Origin: Ginglymostoma cirratum
Taxonomy: Eukaryota
NCBI GenBank assembly: GCA_024137785.1
Contig: JAHRHZ010000144.1
Location: 19,092,317-19,156,316 of the forward strand
Direction: 5' to 3'
DNA length: 64,000 nucleotides
The position numbers were made by a program, and so were the translations under genes. How positions within the stretch are numbered: the stretch's first letter is position 1; each line of letters opens with the position of its first letter. Positions 1 to 13,775 of this stretch are shown here, piece after piece. The notes beneath the pieces were generated by a model. It was not told where the DNA came from, searched no databases, and worked only from the letters and a program-made list of their open reading frames with translations.

Positions 1-224
1 CTCTTTCACCCTTCCTCCACACAAGTCGACTTCACCAAACCACCAGCTTTCCAACATCAGGGCTGCTTTCTGATCAACTCACACACCACTTTAGCCCTTC
101 AGGATGACATTTGGGAGCTCTGGGAAAAATATGCATGCTTCTGCCAGGTCACGTTTCACAGATGAACACATGTATCTGTGCATGATGCATGCTTTGCCTC
201 TAGTTATAACTTCAGCAGTCACTT

Positions 225-543
225 CATAGATTCATAGAATCCCAGAATCCCTACAGTGTGGAAAAAGGCCCTTCGGCCCAACAAGTCCACTCTGAACCTC
301 AGAGCATCCCACCCAGACCCATCCCCCTATAACCCACCTAATCTATACATCCCTGAACACTATGGGCAATTTGGCATGGCCAATCCACCTAACCTGCACA
401 TCTTTGGACTGTGGGAGGAAACCGGAGCAAACCCACATAGACACGGGGAGAATGTGCAAACTCCACACAGAGAGTCACCTAAGGGGAATTGAACCCGGGT
501 CCCTGGCACTGTGAGGCAGCAGTGCTAACCACTGTGCCACCCC
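225..543 (-). mobile_element. tRNA-derived V-SINE (HE1-like), full length
   Basis: Minus strand: A/B boxes (gtggttagcactgctgcctcacag; ggttcaattcc), V core gtgtggagtttgcacattctccccgtgtc, CR1-type tail ending in attct repeats. Confidence 0.88.
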
Positions 544-727
544 ATTTACTTTGCACTTCTTTGGAAACCACCAGCCTTTCGTGGCCTGCATTGCTTTTCA
601 GCCCTTCAGTCCCATATTACAGGCTGCCTGTATTTTAGAGCATATGGTCTTCAGTGAGAACTTACAGGGTGCCAACTTCTCCAGCTTTCATTGCCGTCGG
701 GTACAAAGGGGGCAGGCGACTTGTCAT

Positions 728-827
728 GGCGGCAGCACAGCGGTTCAATGGCTAGCAGTGCTGCCTCATAGTGCCAGGGACCCGGGTTCGATTCCAACTG
801 TCTGTGTGGGGTTTGCATGTTCACCCC
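728..827 (+). mobile_element. V-SINE 5' fragment
   Basis: gctgcctcatagtgccagggacccgggttcgattcc...gtttgcatgttc. Confidence 0.8.
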
Positions 828-1679
828 GAAGATGGGATGAGTCATTGTTAGTCTCAGGTGGAGCCTACAAATCACTCATGAGAACACAACATTGAAACCT
901 GCTCATCTTCACACCAAACATAACTGTGCAACAAGGAGACAAAGTGGCACCAGTTAGTAAGGGTGGAGTAAATTACTGATTTGATCTTCAACAGTATAAC
1001 TATTCACATAATGAGACCCAGCTAAGAGTAATTGTATTAATTATGTATTCAGTGATTCTGTAATGCCACCCACCTGCCATCAAATTGTTTTCAGTTGTTG
1101 TTCTTCTTGCAGCCATTTTACATTAGAAATGATGGCCTCAATCACTTTACATACCTGACACTGGGAGACATTTCAGAGCTGCCATATTCTCAGACCTAAC
1201 TGGAAGGATGCAATGACATATTCCATGATGTTCAAGGGCATTGAGTTTTGGGAGGGCATGCTATTATGGAGGACAAATGGCTACACCATAGCCCAATGTT
1301 GCATTGGTTCTGCAGCATACGTCTACCTAAGGTTACATAGCTCAGAGCTCCATTTCATGGCATGATATTGATCTCCTTGTGAAGTTGAAGCCTTCATGCC
1401 ACACTGTGTGAGGCAATAACATGTTGCTTCACTGAACTTGATGTGAAAGATCAGGAGTAAGCCATTACTAAAATTCTGTACTATTTCTGACACTCTCCAC
1501 AGATAATCTGCTTGTTCGTCTGAGATGGAAATGGCACGTGGGAGATTCTTTGTGGCCTTGGTGAACGTCAGATGATAACAATTACAACTACAATGTCATC
1601 ACCAGGCCCAGCTAGGACAAAAAACTTCAGCAGCTGACACTCAGGGTCCAGAGGAAGAATTAGCAGTTGAAGATCCTCC

Positions 1680-2520
1680 CAGGAGGTGGGGGAGGAAATG
1701 ACCAGACCTCGTATTTAATTGCCTTGTTGTCATTGTCTAAACTGTCAGAGAACCAGTGCAGCTGCAGACCAAGGATGTCCCAAGGCCGTTATCAATATGT
1801 CATCTGCTAAAGCAAGACTTGTGCTAGGAAGGAACAGGTCACAAGCTCATTCTGGTGCTCATGAAGATCACATCTAGCCTGAATATGTGTATCAGCGGCT
1901 CTTTCCAAGAAGCAACTGCGACATCTCCCACCTCTCAGTCCACAAATGCGTCTTGGAAATCACAGATACTACTTTCTGTAAGATTACACCAGTTCCCCTG
2001 TGCCCAGGCAAGTCAAGTAGCTTGGTCAGTGATTCTCCACCATCACTAGCTTCCTCCAGACACTGGACTCCACCCACATCGCTTTGAGAGCATCGGATCA
2101 CCAATCTGCAGAGTTCATTGATTGAAAAGGCTTCCGCACCAACGTCCAGCTCATCTGTGACCATCTATGCCAGATTCTGGATGACTGTGCAGTTATTCTG
2201 GGAGCTGCAACATGCACATATATTGGAGAACTCTCATAATCCTGCAACCTTCTAAGTTTCTTGGAACAAATAGGGACGGCTTCTGGGAGGTAAAGTCAAA
2301 CTCCTCCAACCACGGTTGATGCCACCTTTGCAAAATCCTCAGGCTGATGCACAATAGAGATGCAGTGCCACCCGTACTTCTACTAGGACCATAGTACAGC
2401 AAATCATGCATCTCCTGAAGATGAGGTTTGACTGCCTAGACTGCTCTGGTAGAGCACTGCAGTATAGCCTAAAAAGATGCGTACATCATTGTGGTATATT
2501 GTCCCTTTCACAGCTAGAGA
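1680..2520 (+). pseudogene. PIF/Harbinger (HARBI1-like) DDE transposase remnant
   Basis: Across frames: SGSFQ, DISHLSVHKCVLEITD, GSC..ILENS, LLGGK..LMPPLQNPQ, TRTIVQQIMHLLKMRFDCLDCSGRALQYS, CPFHS; disrupted. Confidence 0.82.
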
Positions 2521-3849
2521 TGGGGTGGGTGGTAATGTTCTCGACACAGATGAAATTAGAAAACAATCCTCCAGGGACATCCAAGAGATAAAATTAGACC
2601 AATGCATTGTTGAATGCGAGGAGCCAAATGGAGCCTCCGTGAAACCCACTCCCAAAAGGAATGAGCTGGGTTTGGACTTCCATTCATTGTGTTATGTAAC
2701 TAATCTGTTCAGCACACTGTACATGTAAATCTGATTATTTACAGGTTCTCTTTACCATTTGAGAGACAGCAGCAGTGAGACTGTAGCATGCATTCAACCA
2801 GCGTCATCGACCATGATGGGCAACAGGTTGGGAGTGAGGAAGAGGCACCTCCTTTACAGCCTTCCATTAACGGTTTGCTTTCCTTTGGCATTTCAGAGTT
2901 TGTTTGGATTGTTAAATTGCCTGGAGATACTTGCGCATCCAGTAGGGCAGCACTAAACCTGAGAGGGGCAGCACCTTGTGCAGCTTCTGTCAGCAGGCAC
3001 TGAGCTGTAAGCCTCCAGGGCTTGACTGGCACGGTGCCCTTTTGTAAAGCTGAAAGGGAGAATTTACCGTAGCTGCGGAAACATGTGGAATCATCACAGA
3101 CTCCATCCTTTCACTGAAAGGGTGGGTGTAAGTGGGGATGACTTGTGCATAATACCCACTCATTAATGTGGATGACACTGAGGCTGCAAGCAAAATACAA
3201 TGCCTTGTCTGCAATCATTAACATAACTGTTCAAGGATCCCTGATGTCTGGATACTATCTATAGTCAAGCAGTCAGTTGCTTGAGATGACCAATATTGAC
3301 TCTGCCACTGCAACTTTGTTTTGCCCAGGGATGTCTGAAAAGACTGCACATATATCAAATGTGTACAACTTCACCAGGACTGACAGCCCTGAAGAGACCA
3401 GAACAGACATTTTTAAGCGTATAAGTGAAAAGTGAAGGAATGTTTACAATGGAGTGTCATTTGTGCCACTTATGTTCCCTCAAAGTTTATTCCTTCCTTT
3501 CCCTCCCACCATGTTGATGTACAGTCCTGATATTAACAGTTGGTGTGGAGGGAGTCAGCTCTGTAGTTAGCCCTATTGGGTGGAAGATTTGGCTAAACAT
3601 CCCCAGAGCTGTTTGAATTCAAATGGCCCAGGCCCATTGAGAATCACTCATCCAAACACAGGCTCACTTTTCTCATCTTGGGCTTTTGCAGGGTTTCAGT
3701 ATCATACACAAGGATTACGGCCTGGCAATTCTAAAGTGCCCCGAGAGGAGCTGTCTGTGGGGCTCCTCCTGTCCAGGCACTTGCTAACATACCTTGTTTC
3801 CCAGAGAGGAAGGGACACCCGGAGTGAGATCAAGATTCCTTGAACCTCT

Positions 3850-5015
3850 CCAGCCTAGCCTTTGATGCAGAGTACCATTGGCTACAGCGATGGGAGTACA
3901 GGTCTGTGCATGTATCTGGCAGAGAGTGAGCTGGACCTCTGTCTCCATGGCAGTCATGTGCATGTCAGAGTCAGCATGGAGTCAATGTTGATGGACTCCT
4001 CCATTCTGTGATCCAGTTTACCGTCTGCCTCCTGCCACCTGTCCTGGAGTTTCTCTGCATGTTGACAAGGTGGGGCTGGGCGGGTGGGGGTGGCGGGCGC
4101 AGTATGCTGGGGACAGCCTTGCCAGTGTATCCTGTGAGGGTTTGGTGGTTTCCACCCGAGGAGGTGGAGCTTGAACTGAGTGTATGTGGTGCTGGCCTCT
4201 TCTTCATTGTGGTTCATTGGGTCCCTTTAGAACCTGCGCAAGAGAGGAAATTAGTTGTGAGAAAGAGGTAAAAGCGTGTTCAGGCTAAGAATGAGGTAGC
4301 ACTGACATTAATGGCCGAGCAGCATTGCATAGCACAACAAAGTTGATGTAGGGCTCTTTGTTTTCTTTTTGTGTGGCCAACTGTAGCAATTTGTCCTCAT
4401 GTATAACGGGAAACCTAAAGTCTGCCACCTCACTGCTGTCTTGACCATCTCAGCCCAGTTTTTTTCCTGCAATGGTGCAGGAGGCCATTTAGCTCGACAT
4501 GCCAAAGACAGAGGGGAATTCAAAGCGATGGACTGAAATGGAAGAGGTGACACACAGTCAGGAGAGGTGGTGAGGTGTCCACAGTTACTGAGTAGAAAGT
4601 TCAGAGGGCAGAAAGGGTTAGCAGTTTGGGAAGATGAGGTGGGTGAATACTGTTGAGTGTACACACTGCATGCAATAGTGAGTATTACAGTCTGTGAGCC
4701 ACGGTGAGAAGTGTTTGCACTGGCAGTGTTAGAGGATGTGATGGTGACCCTGTGAGTGAGAGTTGGAGTGAAAATGGTGGTACTTACCTTCTCGGTGTAA
4801 AGAACGTGATTATCCTTCTTCCTGCACTATCCAGTATTGCATTGAATCCACACAAATCCAGGCAGTAATCTCTGTCCAGATTGGCTGTGTCTGGTGGTGT
4901 TGACTCTTTTGGCAGTCTGGAAGAAACAGCACTTCCCTTCTCTAGAATACCTCGTACTCAAGCACCTCCAGGTCTCTATCTGAAAAACAAGCGCCAGTTT
5001 ATCTTTCTGGGCTAT
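3850..5015 (-). pseudogene. Harbinger Myb/SANT-like partner gene remnant with introns
   Basis: Exon 4788-5015 reads FSDRDLEVL..RREVLF..IWTEI..CRKK then gtaagt; further acceptors before 4466 and 4233; converges on the transposase. Confidence 0.7.
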
Positions 5016-5173
5016 GTCTTCAGTAATGAGCGTAACAACGGCCTGTGAAAGGCAGCACCTACCGGTGTCTGAAATGCTCTGAAACTGGGGTTTAAATAGG
5101 GTGCCAGCAGCTGGAATGTTGCCAAGTCCCAGCAGCAACTAGCAGTTCTGCAACACGATTACTATGTAGGCCA

Positions 5174-5267
5174 GAGATAACAAGGTGCAGAGCTGGATGA
5201 ACACAGCAGGTCAAGCAGCATCAGAGGAGCTGGAAATCTGACGTTTCGGGCCTAGACCCTTTAGAAA
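5174..5267 (-). mobile_element. Penelope-like element terminal fragment
   Basis: Same family as 28042-28197 and 41480-41613 (gagctggatgaacacagcagg...gacgtttcgggcctagaccct). Confidence 0.65.
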
Positions 5268-5281
5268 TGTAATGAATAAAG

Positions 5282-5614
5282 CATAGAATCACAGAAACCT
5301 TAGTGCAGATAGAGGCCATGTGGCCCATCAAATGCGCACTGACCCTCCGAAGAGCATACCACCGAGGGGTACTCTATTCTTGTAATTACCACGGTCACAC
5401 CACCTAACCTGTATGTCCCTGCACACTACTGGACAGCTTGGCATTGCCAACCCACCTAACCCATACATCTTTGGGCCGAGAGGAAACTAGTGCGCCCGGT
5501 GGGAACCCTTGCAGATATGGGAAGAATGTATAAAATCCACACAGACTGCCAAGGCTGGAATGAAACCCAGGTCCCTAGCACTGTGAGGCAGCAGTGCTAA
5601 CCACTATGCCACCA
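5282..5614 (-). mobile_element. V-SINE (HE1-like), diverged full-length copy
   Basis: Colinear with 225-543. Confidence 0.85.
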
Positions 5615-6109
5615 TGAATGAAATGAAGAGCTTATGACTGCATGAGAAAAATCTATATGGGCCATGTTGGATTGCACATCACAGATATCTCCGAAAAACA
5701 AGTACTTTGCCAAAAATTGAGAAAATTCAGTCAAAGGTCCTTTGCCAATTTAATATAAACATACTAACTTTTTTGTAAAAATGAAGAGTGTCAAAAAATG
5801 CAAGCTAATTCAATACATTAACTGGAATGAGAAGGCAGAATCCAAATAGGAAGTGAATGATGAAATACCGCTATAATGTCAAAGTTCAAGTGTACATAAA
5901 TTGAGTAACTTTGGATTTTTTTTCCTTCAATTATCACACATAAAAAGTATATTTTGTGAAACATGTTGTGAAAGCAAACTAATTTCAGTCTTGTAACTTT
6001 TGTCTGCATGAGTTTTGAGTCAGTGTGAACTGCTGGATGGTAGATTTGAGATCAACCTGCAACCAGCTGTCTGATTTCACACGATGTCTACAGATTCCTC
6101 AGTTTCAAA

Positions 6110-8204
6110 ATAAACACCACAGAATTTTATTTGTGTCAGATGAGAAGCAGTTTATTCTGGAATTACTCTACAGCAACAAACACAAGTGCAAATTTGACTG
6201 AAAACATGTACAAGCTAACACTAGCCAATCCCAAAATTTCATTCTGTTTTAACAGACTCCAGAATGACAGGACTTGAAACACCTTCTCTAAAGCACATTA
6301 AAATTCCACAGCGTATACCGGGACACAGTATCTTATTTTGCCCCATTTTTTTCCCTCATCACTTGTAAAAAGTTGAAGTAAAATATTTTTTTCAAAACTT
6401 TGTTGGAGTATTGTGGCAGGAAATTAAAATCATAAACCTCAGACCTTCATTTAATACCTGACCTTTCACAAAGTTCCCACTAATTCCTGTTACACAGTAT
6501 CCTGTATTGTTCAATAGAAGCTGTATTTTCAAAATGAAAAAATATGCAGCATTTTTTCAACATATTCAGATAATCTTAAAATACATCATTTTCTACAGCA
6601 AAAGATTAATTTACTTTCCAATGCATTTTACAGGCTCGTGAAAAAAAAGGTCTAATTTGTTTAATATTTGTTAAAGACATTGTACAGTTTGAGTACAATA
6701 ATAAATATCTGCATGGACCCTTGGCAGCAGACTGCAGCATTTACAAAACATACTTTCAATTACAATTTTTGTTAGCTCTGACATACTGCCCATCCAGCTC
6801 TGTGAAACAAGGTACTGCCTCTCAAAACCATCTGAGATTGCATTCTAAACTTTCATCATTCCTTCTTCAGTTAAAACGGACTTTTTAGATGTTAATGTGA
6901 GCTAAAACTTGAGAATAAAATCTATTGAGATGACTTATAAATTCAGAGAAAATACTGTATGATTACAGTAATTCTGAATTGAAGTCAATAAATCTGAACA
7001 AAAAATACTCCAACTATATATATATTATATACGTTATATAATATACATATTTTAAAAGCACCTTCTTTCATATGCCCCTACTACTTAAATAGACTTGCCA
7101 AATGAAGTAAACAGAAAACAGCATACACCAAATGCTACTGTGACCCCCTCAGTACATCAAAACTCTACAAAGCGATTTGTTTGAAATCTTTTTAACCTAG
7201 CAATACATCAACAAACTTGCATCTGGCACTAAAACAAGGTCATAGCTTTGGGTTGTTATAGTAAGCTCTTCATGCTAATTTTTTTCAGAGATAAATCTAA
7301 CAAGTATAACTGCTAACAGCTACCTTATTCTAAACAGTAACACCAAAAGGTGCAGAAACACAGATACTGTGAATAAAAGCATAACTTCAAGTATATAAGG
7401 GATAACACAACTTGCCACATAGGATATTATACTGTATCAAACAGCTGATCAAACAGAATATGAAAAGTAGGCATATACAGAAATCTAGCAAGGAACTGAC
7501 ACATTCTAATCAGATACATATCCTCAGCAGAGGAAATGCATCCTATTTAAAATAGCTGCATGATAGTTTTGAGCAACTTCATTCCCATTTTCGTTACAAC
7601 TTGTTTTGTAAAAATGCCAAACACCATGACCTTGTGAACAGGCGCAATAACTTGGTGTTCATGTCATGCTTTGACATTAATACTCCTGCTGCTTACCATA
7701 CCTGACTGCTTTTCTTTCCTGGACTCAAAGTCCAGGGATTCTTTACATATATTACTAGTTTCTGGACTTCAGCTTTTATTCCCAGGTAACACAGGTACGC
7801 AATAATTTATTTGACTTGCAATAAATATTATCAATAGACATCTTCCCTCACCTATTCGGGAAAACTTGTTTAATATTGAATGAGTAACTAGGAATAAAGC
7901 ATGTCAACTGCTTTCAGAGATCTGTTCCATTTCAACTCTGCCTGTAGCCATTAAACGTTGTAAATGCATTTGTCATCAGTCCATGCAAGTAGAGCTGAGA
8001 AATAACATTGCTATGTGTGATGTACAGCAGTTGTACCCATTCAAAGCCAGAAACCCGGCATAATGGAAACAAGATTTTGTTTTTATTCACTACAGTCTTA
8101 GGACATGATCAATATTTAATTGAAAGGAATAAACACAATCCCACTTTGAGCCTGTGAAAGGTCAAAGTACATGCTACAAACAATTTAAATTGTGGATAGC
8201 AAAA
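6110..8204 (-). other. MAP2: MAP2 3'UTR (approximate extent)
   Basis: AT-rich stretch with no recognisable transposon after the stop, ending at paired AATAAA signals. Confidence 0.55.
6126..6156 (-). terminator. Tandem polyadenylation signals
   Basis: Minus-strand AATAAA at 6151-6156 and 6126-6131, followed by GT/T-rich ctgtggtgtttattttg. Confidence 0.55.
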
Positions 8205-8420
8205 TCACAATCCTTGCTTGGCTAATGCAGCGGTAACATCATCGGCAAGTGTGGCCAGTTGTGGTGATTCCATTAGGTTGATGCTGCCAGAAGATGAGAC
8301 ATTGCTCAGCCTATGAGGAGTCGTGGCACCAGATCGTCCTGGTGACTGAGTGACAATATCTGCTCCATGGTCCACACGAGCCTTGGCATTCTCACGAAAG
8401 CTAAGCTTATGACTTTCAAT
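8205..8420 (-). CDS. MAP2: MAP2 last coding exon ([20 protein letters not shown]...[17 protein letters not shown])
   Basis: cttaacag|ATTGAA; TGA at 8205-8207; canonical tau/MAP2 C-terminus. Confidence 0.97.
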   Translation of the reverse strand: MESHKLSFRENAKARVDHGADIVTQSPGRSGATTPHRLSNVSSSGSINLMESPQLATLADDVTAALAKQGL

Positions 8421-8741
8421 CTGTTAAGAAAACAAAGAGCAAATGCAGATCACTGGTGGAAATGATAAGGGCTAGAAGGAAAGAAATTATAATGTGATAT
8501 TCCGTGATACTATAGAGATTTTCATTTTGGTACAAAATACATTAGTAGAGGATGTTTTTTTTTCTCAAGGATCACAGATGCCATGAATGCAGCCAAATTA
8601 CCAAAATACACTTCTACCATGCAAAACTGGGGGCATTAATGATTAGGATGTACATTCAAGTTCAAATATCGAAATAGATCAAAATACATCTGTTGCTGAA
8701 TTACAAGAAATTCCACAACAGTTAAAGGCTTTAAGGAAGGA

Positions 8742-9975
8742 ATAGCTTAGTGGTTTTGATGGTGGACTAGTAACCCTGAACCCCAAGTAATGTTTTGGTG
8801 GACCTGTACTCAAATCACACCAAGGCAGACGATGGAACTACAATTAGAAGTGTTAATAATTACTTTGAAAACAGTGTCAATCGTGACAAAAACCTATTTG
8901 GTTTACTAATATCCTTCAGGGAAGTATATCTGCCATCCTCTCCTGGTCTGGCCCACGTGACTGCAGACCCACAGCAAAGTGGTTGACCCCACTGCTCTCT
9001 GAAATGGCCTACCAAGCTATTGCAGCAGTTGTATCAGCCACTAGAACATCTTGATAGAAAAGGAACCAACCAGACACGCTGCCCAGATTTGATTGAGGCA
9101 CTGGAAATTACAGCGGCAAGCTTTGTCCTGTCAACCCTGCAAAGTCCTCTTGACTAGCATTTGGGGGCTAGTGGCAAAATTGGGATTGCTGTTTCACAGA
9201 TTAGTCAGTCAATCAACAATCTGACAGTCCTATTCACAAATTCATACCTTACACAATGCCCCAGACACCACCATCACCATTTCTGGATATGTTTTGTCTC
9301 ACCGGCAGGACAGGTCCAGCAGAAATCGCAACACAATGGAATACAATCAGGAGGGTGGTGCCCTGGGAGTCCGAAACACTGCTCCAGACCCCAAGAAGAC
9401 TCATGGCATCAAGTCAAAATTGAGTGAGGAAAACTCGCGCTGATTAGCAGGTATATTTTCCTCTTCAGCTGATGAATCAGTCCTCCTCCATGGTGAGCAA
9501 TACTTTGATGAAGCACTGAGGACAGCAAGGTCACAAAATGTACTCTGAGTACAGGACTTCAAGGTCCACCACCACCACCACCACTAGTGGCTTGGCAGCG
9601 CTATTACTGACCGAGCTGGCTGAGTCCTAATGGACATAGTTACTAGACTGGGTCTGCAGCAGGTAGTCAGGGAACCAAATGAGGGAAAAACGTACTTGAC
9701 TCCATCCTCATTCATCTGCTCGCCACAGAAGCAGTGTCCACGATGGCATTGGTAAAAGTGATCACCACGCAGTTTGCGTGGAGGTGAAGTCTCATCTTCA
9801 CGTTAAAAATATCCTATATCATATTGTGTGGCACCATTACTGTGCTCAATAAAACACTTCAAAAATATCTAGCAACTCAAGACTGGGAATCCCTGGGGTG
9901 CTGAGGGCCATCTTCATCAGCAGAATTGTACTGCAACCCAACCAGCAACCTCATGGCCTGGCATATACCTCAATG
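8742..9975 (+). mobile_element. Non-LTR retrotransposon 5' region and AP-endonuclease fragment (CR1 group)
   Basis: Decayed endonuclease motifs (GLVAKLG, PDTTITISGYVL, QDR, DF.VHH, LDSIL, GKSDHH) after a SINE-like head shared with 13455-13775. Confidence 0.6.
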
Positions 9976-10277
9976 TCATTATGTATTATTATGACACATT
10001 ATTGATGATGTTAATGCTGATTTGATGTTTTAACTTCTTTTACTAAAGGTATATAGCCTGCAATCAAACTGAGCATATCCTGATGAATATAAAGTCATTG
10101 TAGAAATAAATACCTCACGTTCAGAAGAGTGAACAGAAAGAAAACAGGAGGTTGAACCTGACCCAATGACGTTGAAGAAACGCAAGACTGCAGAAATGTT
10201 ACAAAGTATTCGTTCCATCAAGTAATAACCAAATTATACCATTAACCATAACTTTTATTGCCCATTTCCATTCCTAC

Positions 10278-10390
10278 CTTTACATTTCCACCACCTGGAG
10301 TGTGACGTGTATTATCAAGTGAGCCAACCTTAGATTGAGCTTTTTCCTTAAAATCCAGCTTCTGACTTTCAATTCTAACATGCCCTCCAC
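10278..10390 (-). CDS. MAP2: MAP2 repeat-4 exon (113 bp, [38 protein letters not shown])
   Basis: ttgtgtag|GTGGAG...GTAAAG|gtagga; follows a 104-bp intron. Confidence 0.97.
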
Positions 10391-10494
10391 CTACACAAAG
10401 GTAACGAATTGTACTTTGAAATACATTGTAAATAAAATGAATAATAATGCTTGCGTCCAAGATCAGACAAGTAGTAATGAGCAACAGTCCATAC

Positions 10495-10576
10495 CTGGCC
10501 GATAGTGAATGTTGCTGAAAGAGCCACACTTTGACGTGATATGACTCACATCTATTTTCTTAGTAACAATTTGTAC
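10495..10576 (-). CDS. MAP2: MAP2 repeat-3 exon (82 bp, [27 protein letters not shown])
   Basis: ttcttcag|GTACAA...GGCCAG|gtatgg; 82-bp size typical of this tau/MAP2 exon. Confidence 0.96.
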
Positions 10577-10829
10577 CTGAAGAATATGAGAATAACATTT
10601 AAGTTTCAACGGAAAGCCATTAATTAACCTTTGATGACTACAATCAAATGTTCACATATCAGATTACCATCCTTCTGATTTATTGAAAAAGTAGTTTTAA
10701 AATATTCTGCAGTTACTTGTATTTGAATTGTACTTACAGACCAGTTAGTTTAATTTTGGAGTTAGGAAAATATCAAGTAACAATCTTTTGGCAAAACATT
10801 CATGGTTATGTGAAAAAGAAATTGTTTTA

Positions 10830-12005
10830 GTTTGGAAGAGTCAGCATGGATTTAAGGGAGATTCTTGTTTAACTTTTTTCTCCTCTCCCTGCAAGAGGTA
10901 CTGAGTGCATCCATGAGAAACAAGGCTGTTTGTGTGTTGGACTTTCAATACAGTGCCACTCAACAGACCAGGGTAGCAAGTTATAAATTATTGGATAAAG
11001 AGGATAACTGATGTGGATACAAAATTAGCTGAGTGATAGGATATAGTGTTTTCGCAAACGATTACTTTTCAGGTTGCAGGAAGGCTTGTAGTGTGGTTCT
11101 CCAAGGGTCAGTATTGGCACCCTTGCTTTTCATGATATGTATTAAAGATCTAGATGTTGGTAACGGTTGCAGGTGTCAAAACTTCAAAAAAACATCAAGA
11201 TGGCAATGTAGAATTTCAAAAAGACATTGACAGGTTGATGAAGTGAGCAGACAGGCGACAGATGAAGTTCAATGCAGAGAAATGAGATGTGATACATTTT
11301 GGTACAAAAATCAAGGGGAGACACCACAAATTAAAGAGTGCAAATCTAAACAGTGTGCAGGAGCTGAGAGATCTGGATGTCTACGTGAATATATCATTAA
11401 AAGCAGCAGGACAGGTAGAGGGAGTTGTTTAAAAAAAAACAAAGTAATCTAGTCTTTAGTAATAGCGGTATAGAGTGCAAGAGTAGTGAAGTTGCACAGA
11501 ACTTATAAAAGATACTGGTTAGACCTCAGCTGAAACATTCTACACACTTTTGCATGCCACACTATAAAGACACCACAGATGCATTGCAGCAAGTGCAAAA
11601 CAGGTTTACAAGACTAGTTCCAGTGATGAGAAACTTCAGTTACAGACGTTCTCAAAATCATGAGAGATTTGGACTGACTAGATAATGATAAGTTGTTCCT
11701 GCTGGTAGAAGGATTGACAACCAGATGACACAATTTTAAAGTCTTTTGTGAAGAAGTAAATGTGAAGCAGGACAGAAATTTTTCTCACAATGAGTGGTTT
11801 AAGTTTGGAATGAACTTCTTCAAAGTGTGATGGAGGCAAGTCCAATTGAAGTATTCAACAGGGCATTGGATGATTATTTAAATACAAACAACATACACAG
11901 CTATCCAAAAAGGCAGGAAATTGGCACTGAGTCAAAATGTTCAGAGTGCCAATGCTGGTAAAATGGCCATATGGCCTTCTTCAACACCTGAACAATTCTG
12001 ACATT
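10830..12005 (+). mobile_element. CR1/HER1-type LINE 3' fragment
   Basis: RT remnants QGSVLAPLLFMICIKDLD, HFG, LVRPQL; ends in attct tail. Confidence 0.75.
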
Positions 12006-13454
12006 CTACTTAGCAATTTGTGGGGTTTGAAAATTCGCATCATATATTTTTAAAGACACTGGGTTTTCAAGCACTTAAAGGGTTCATGCATGAGTAAAAC
12101 ATCTCTGTTGGGTTCAGGCAGCAAGCATTAAGAAAATGTCTATGCCATATTGTTATTTTCCAGAAGTAAAATTAGTTCTAATTTGAAATTTTGTGGGAAA
12201 GCACAGCTTAGGAATGCGGCACACTCCCTGGAGAGTTTCAATGCCAAACACTCTGAGGATGGGCAGTGCTCCAGTTTATGGCAACGCTGAACCCTTGCTA
12301 CATTGCTTGACTAAGAATATTTCTGTCATTGAGCCAAATTATACATTACATGCAGCCAACTTGCAGCTTCCCAATTTAGTTGAATTTAAAGAAATCATGT
12401 ACTAAAGTACCTAATTGTAATTGTAAATATCATCTTTTCAGCAACCACTGATCAACGGTAGGGAATGGAGATTGCCATCTTCAGTAAATATTAGCTCAGC
12501 TAACCAGATGATAAAAACAGCAACAATCGGAGGAATTTATGCTATTTAATCTCTATTAATACTTAAATTAAAAATAACAACTTGTTATTACGCGACATGC
12601 AGTTAAAAGACAAGTTAAATAGAGGTTAGAACTATATGCTACTTGTGAAAATAACACAAGACAAAGCAAGAGAGTGGGCTCATTATTTATCATTGTGTAT
12701 GACTGAGCAATGGTATGGTGTGAGGAGAGGACAAAAAGGGACATCTCGTTGTTCAAGGCATTTAAGACAGCTGTATTTTAACTATTCAAAGTAAATGTCA
12801 TTTGAGACCATCTCAGAAATGTGATTCCAGAAAATATGGATTTTTCAAAAATTCTGTGCGAGGATAAAAAGTATTTTTTTTTCCCCGAGACATCTTATTC
12901 CTTAGTTCCTGAAACTCTACCTGATTTCAAGGGAAAAAAGGTTCTAACTATGAAGTTTTTATTTTTAAGATCAATATTTTTGTTAGTGGATTTAACTAAA
13001 AGTCAGCATTCTTGACTCATTTCAGAAGGCTGTTATTTTATTGACATGTATTGTGTTGGCTGATCCTGAGTTCTGGGAATCATTACGCAATCTTTTTCAA
13101 GACAGATGAACTGTCATCACTGTCACAAACAAAATGTAACTATTAATTTAAAGCCTTCTCTTATTGATAAATCAACTATTCTTTTGTTGTTCTGACAGAT
13201 TTAACATTTGTTACAAGGCTTTTACAGTGTTCAACAAACCTCCCCCCCACCCACCCACCTGCTAATTGGGCAAAACTCATTAAAATGACTATGAAATGTT
13301 TCAGTCATTAATTCAGTCAAGTAGCAGTTAAATACCAAGTTATTTGACAAACCTTTCTAGATAGAAAATATAGCTATGCAGTAATTTCACAAGCATGAGG
13401 ATGATTGGAAAGTTACTTCCTTAGACAAATAACTACCAGCATCTTAAAGAAAAA

Positions 13455-13775
13455 GGAGGCCTAGTGGTATTATCGCTAGACAATTAAAGCCAGAGCCCCT
13501 GGCAATATTCTGGGGACCAGGTTCAAATCCCTGCATGGAATTCAATAAAATAATCTGGATTTAAGCATCCAAAAGATATCTAATTGTCAATTGTCTGAAA
13601 AAAATCTGATTCATTAATGTCCTTTCGGGAAGGAAATCTGCCATCCTTGCTTTGTCTGAAATGTCTACAACTCCAGATCCACAGCAATGTGGTTGACTCT
13701 TTACTACTCTCACAATAATTAGGGATGGACAATAAACGCTTGCTAGTGATGCCCACATCCCGTAAATGACTTTTA
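13455..13775 (+). mobile_element. tRNA-derived SINE (Deu/SacSINE-like)
   Basis: ggcctagtggta A box, ggttcaaatcc B box, tail gggatggacaataaa...gatgcccacatccc. Confidence 0.6.

Noticed and set aside
1130-1560. Possible second Harbinger transposase or Myb fragment
   Set aside because: Only scattered partial motifs; too decayed to call without an alignment.
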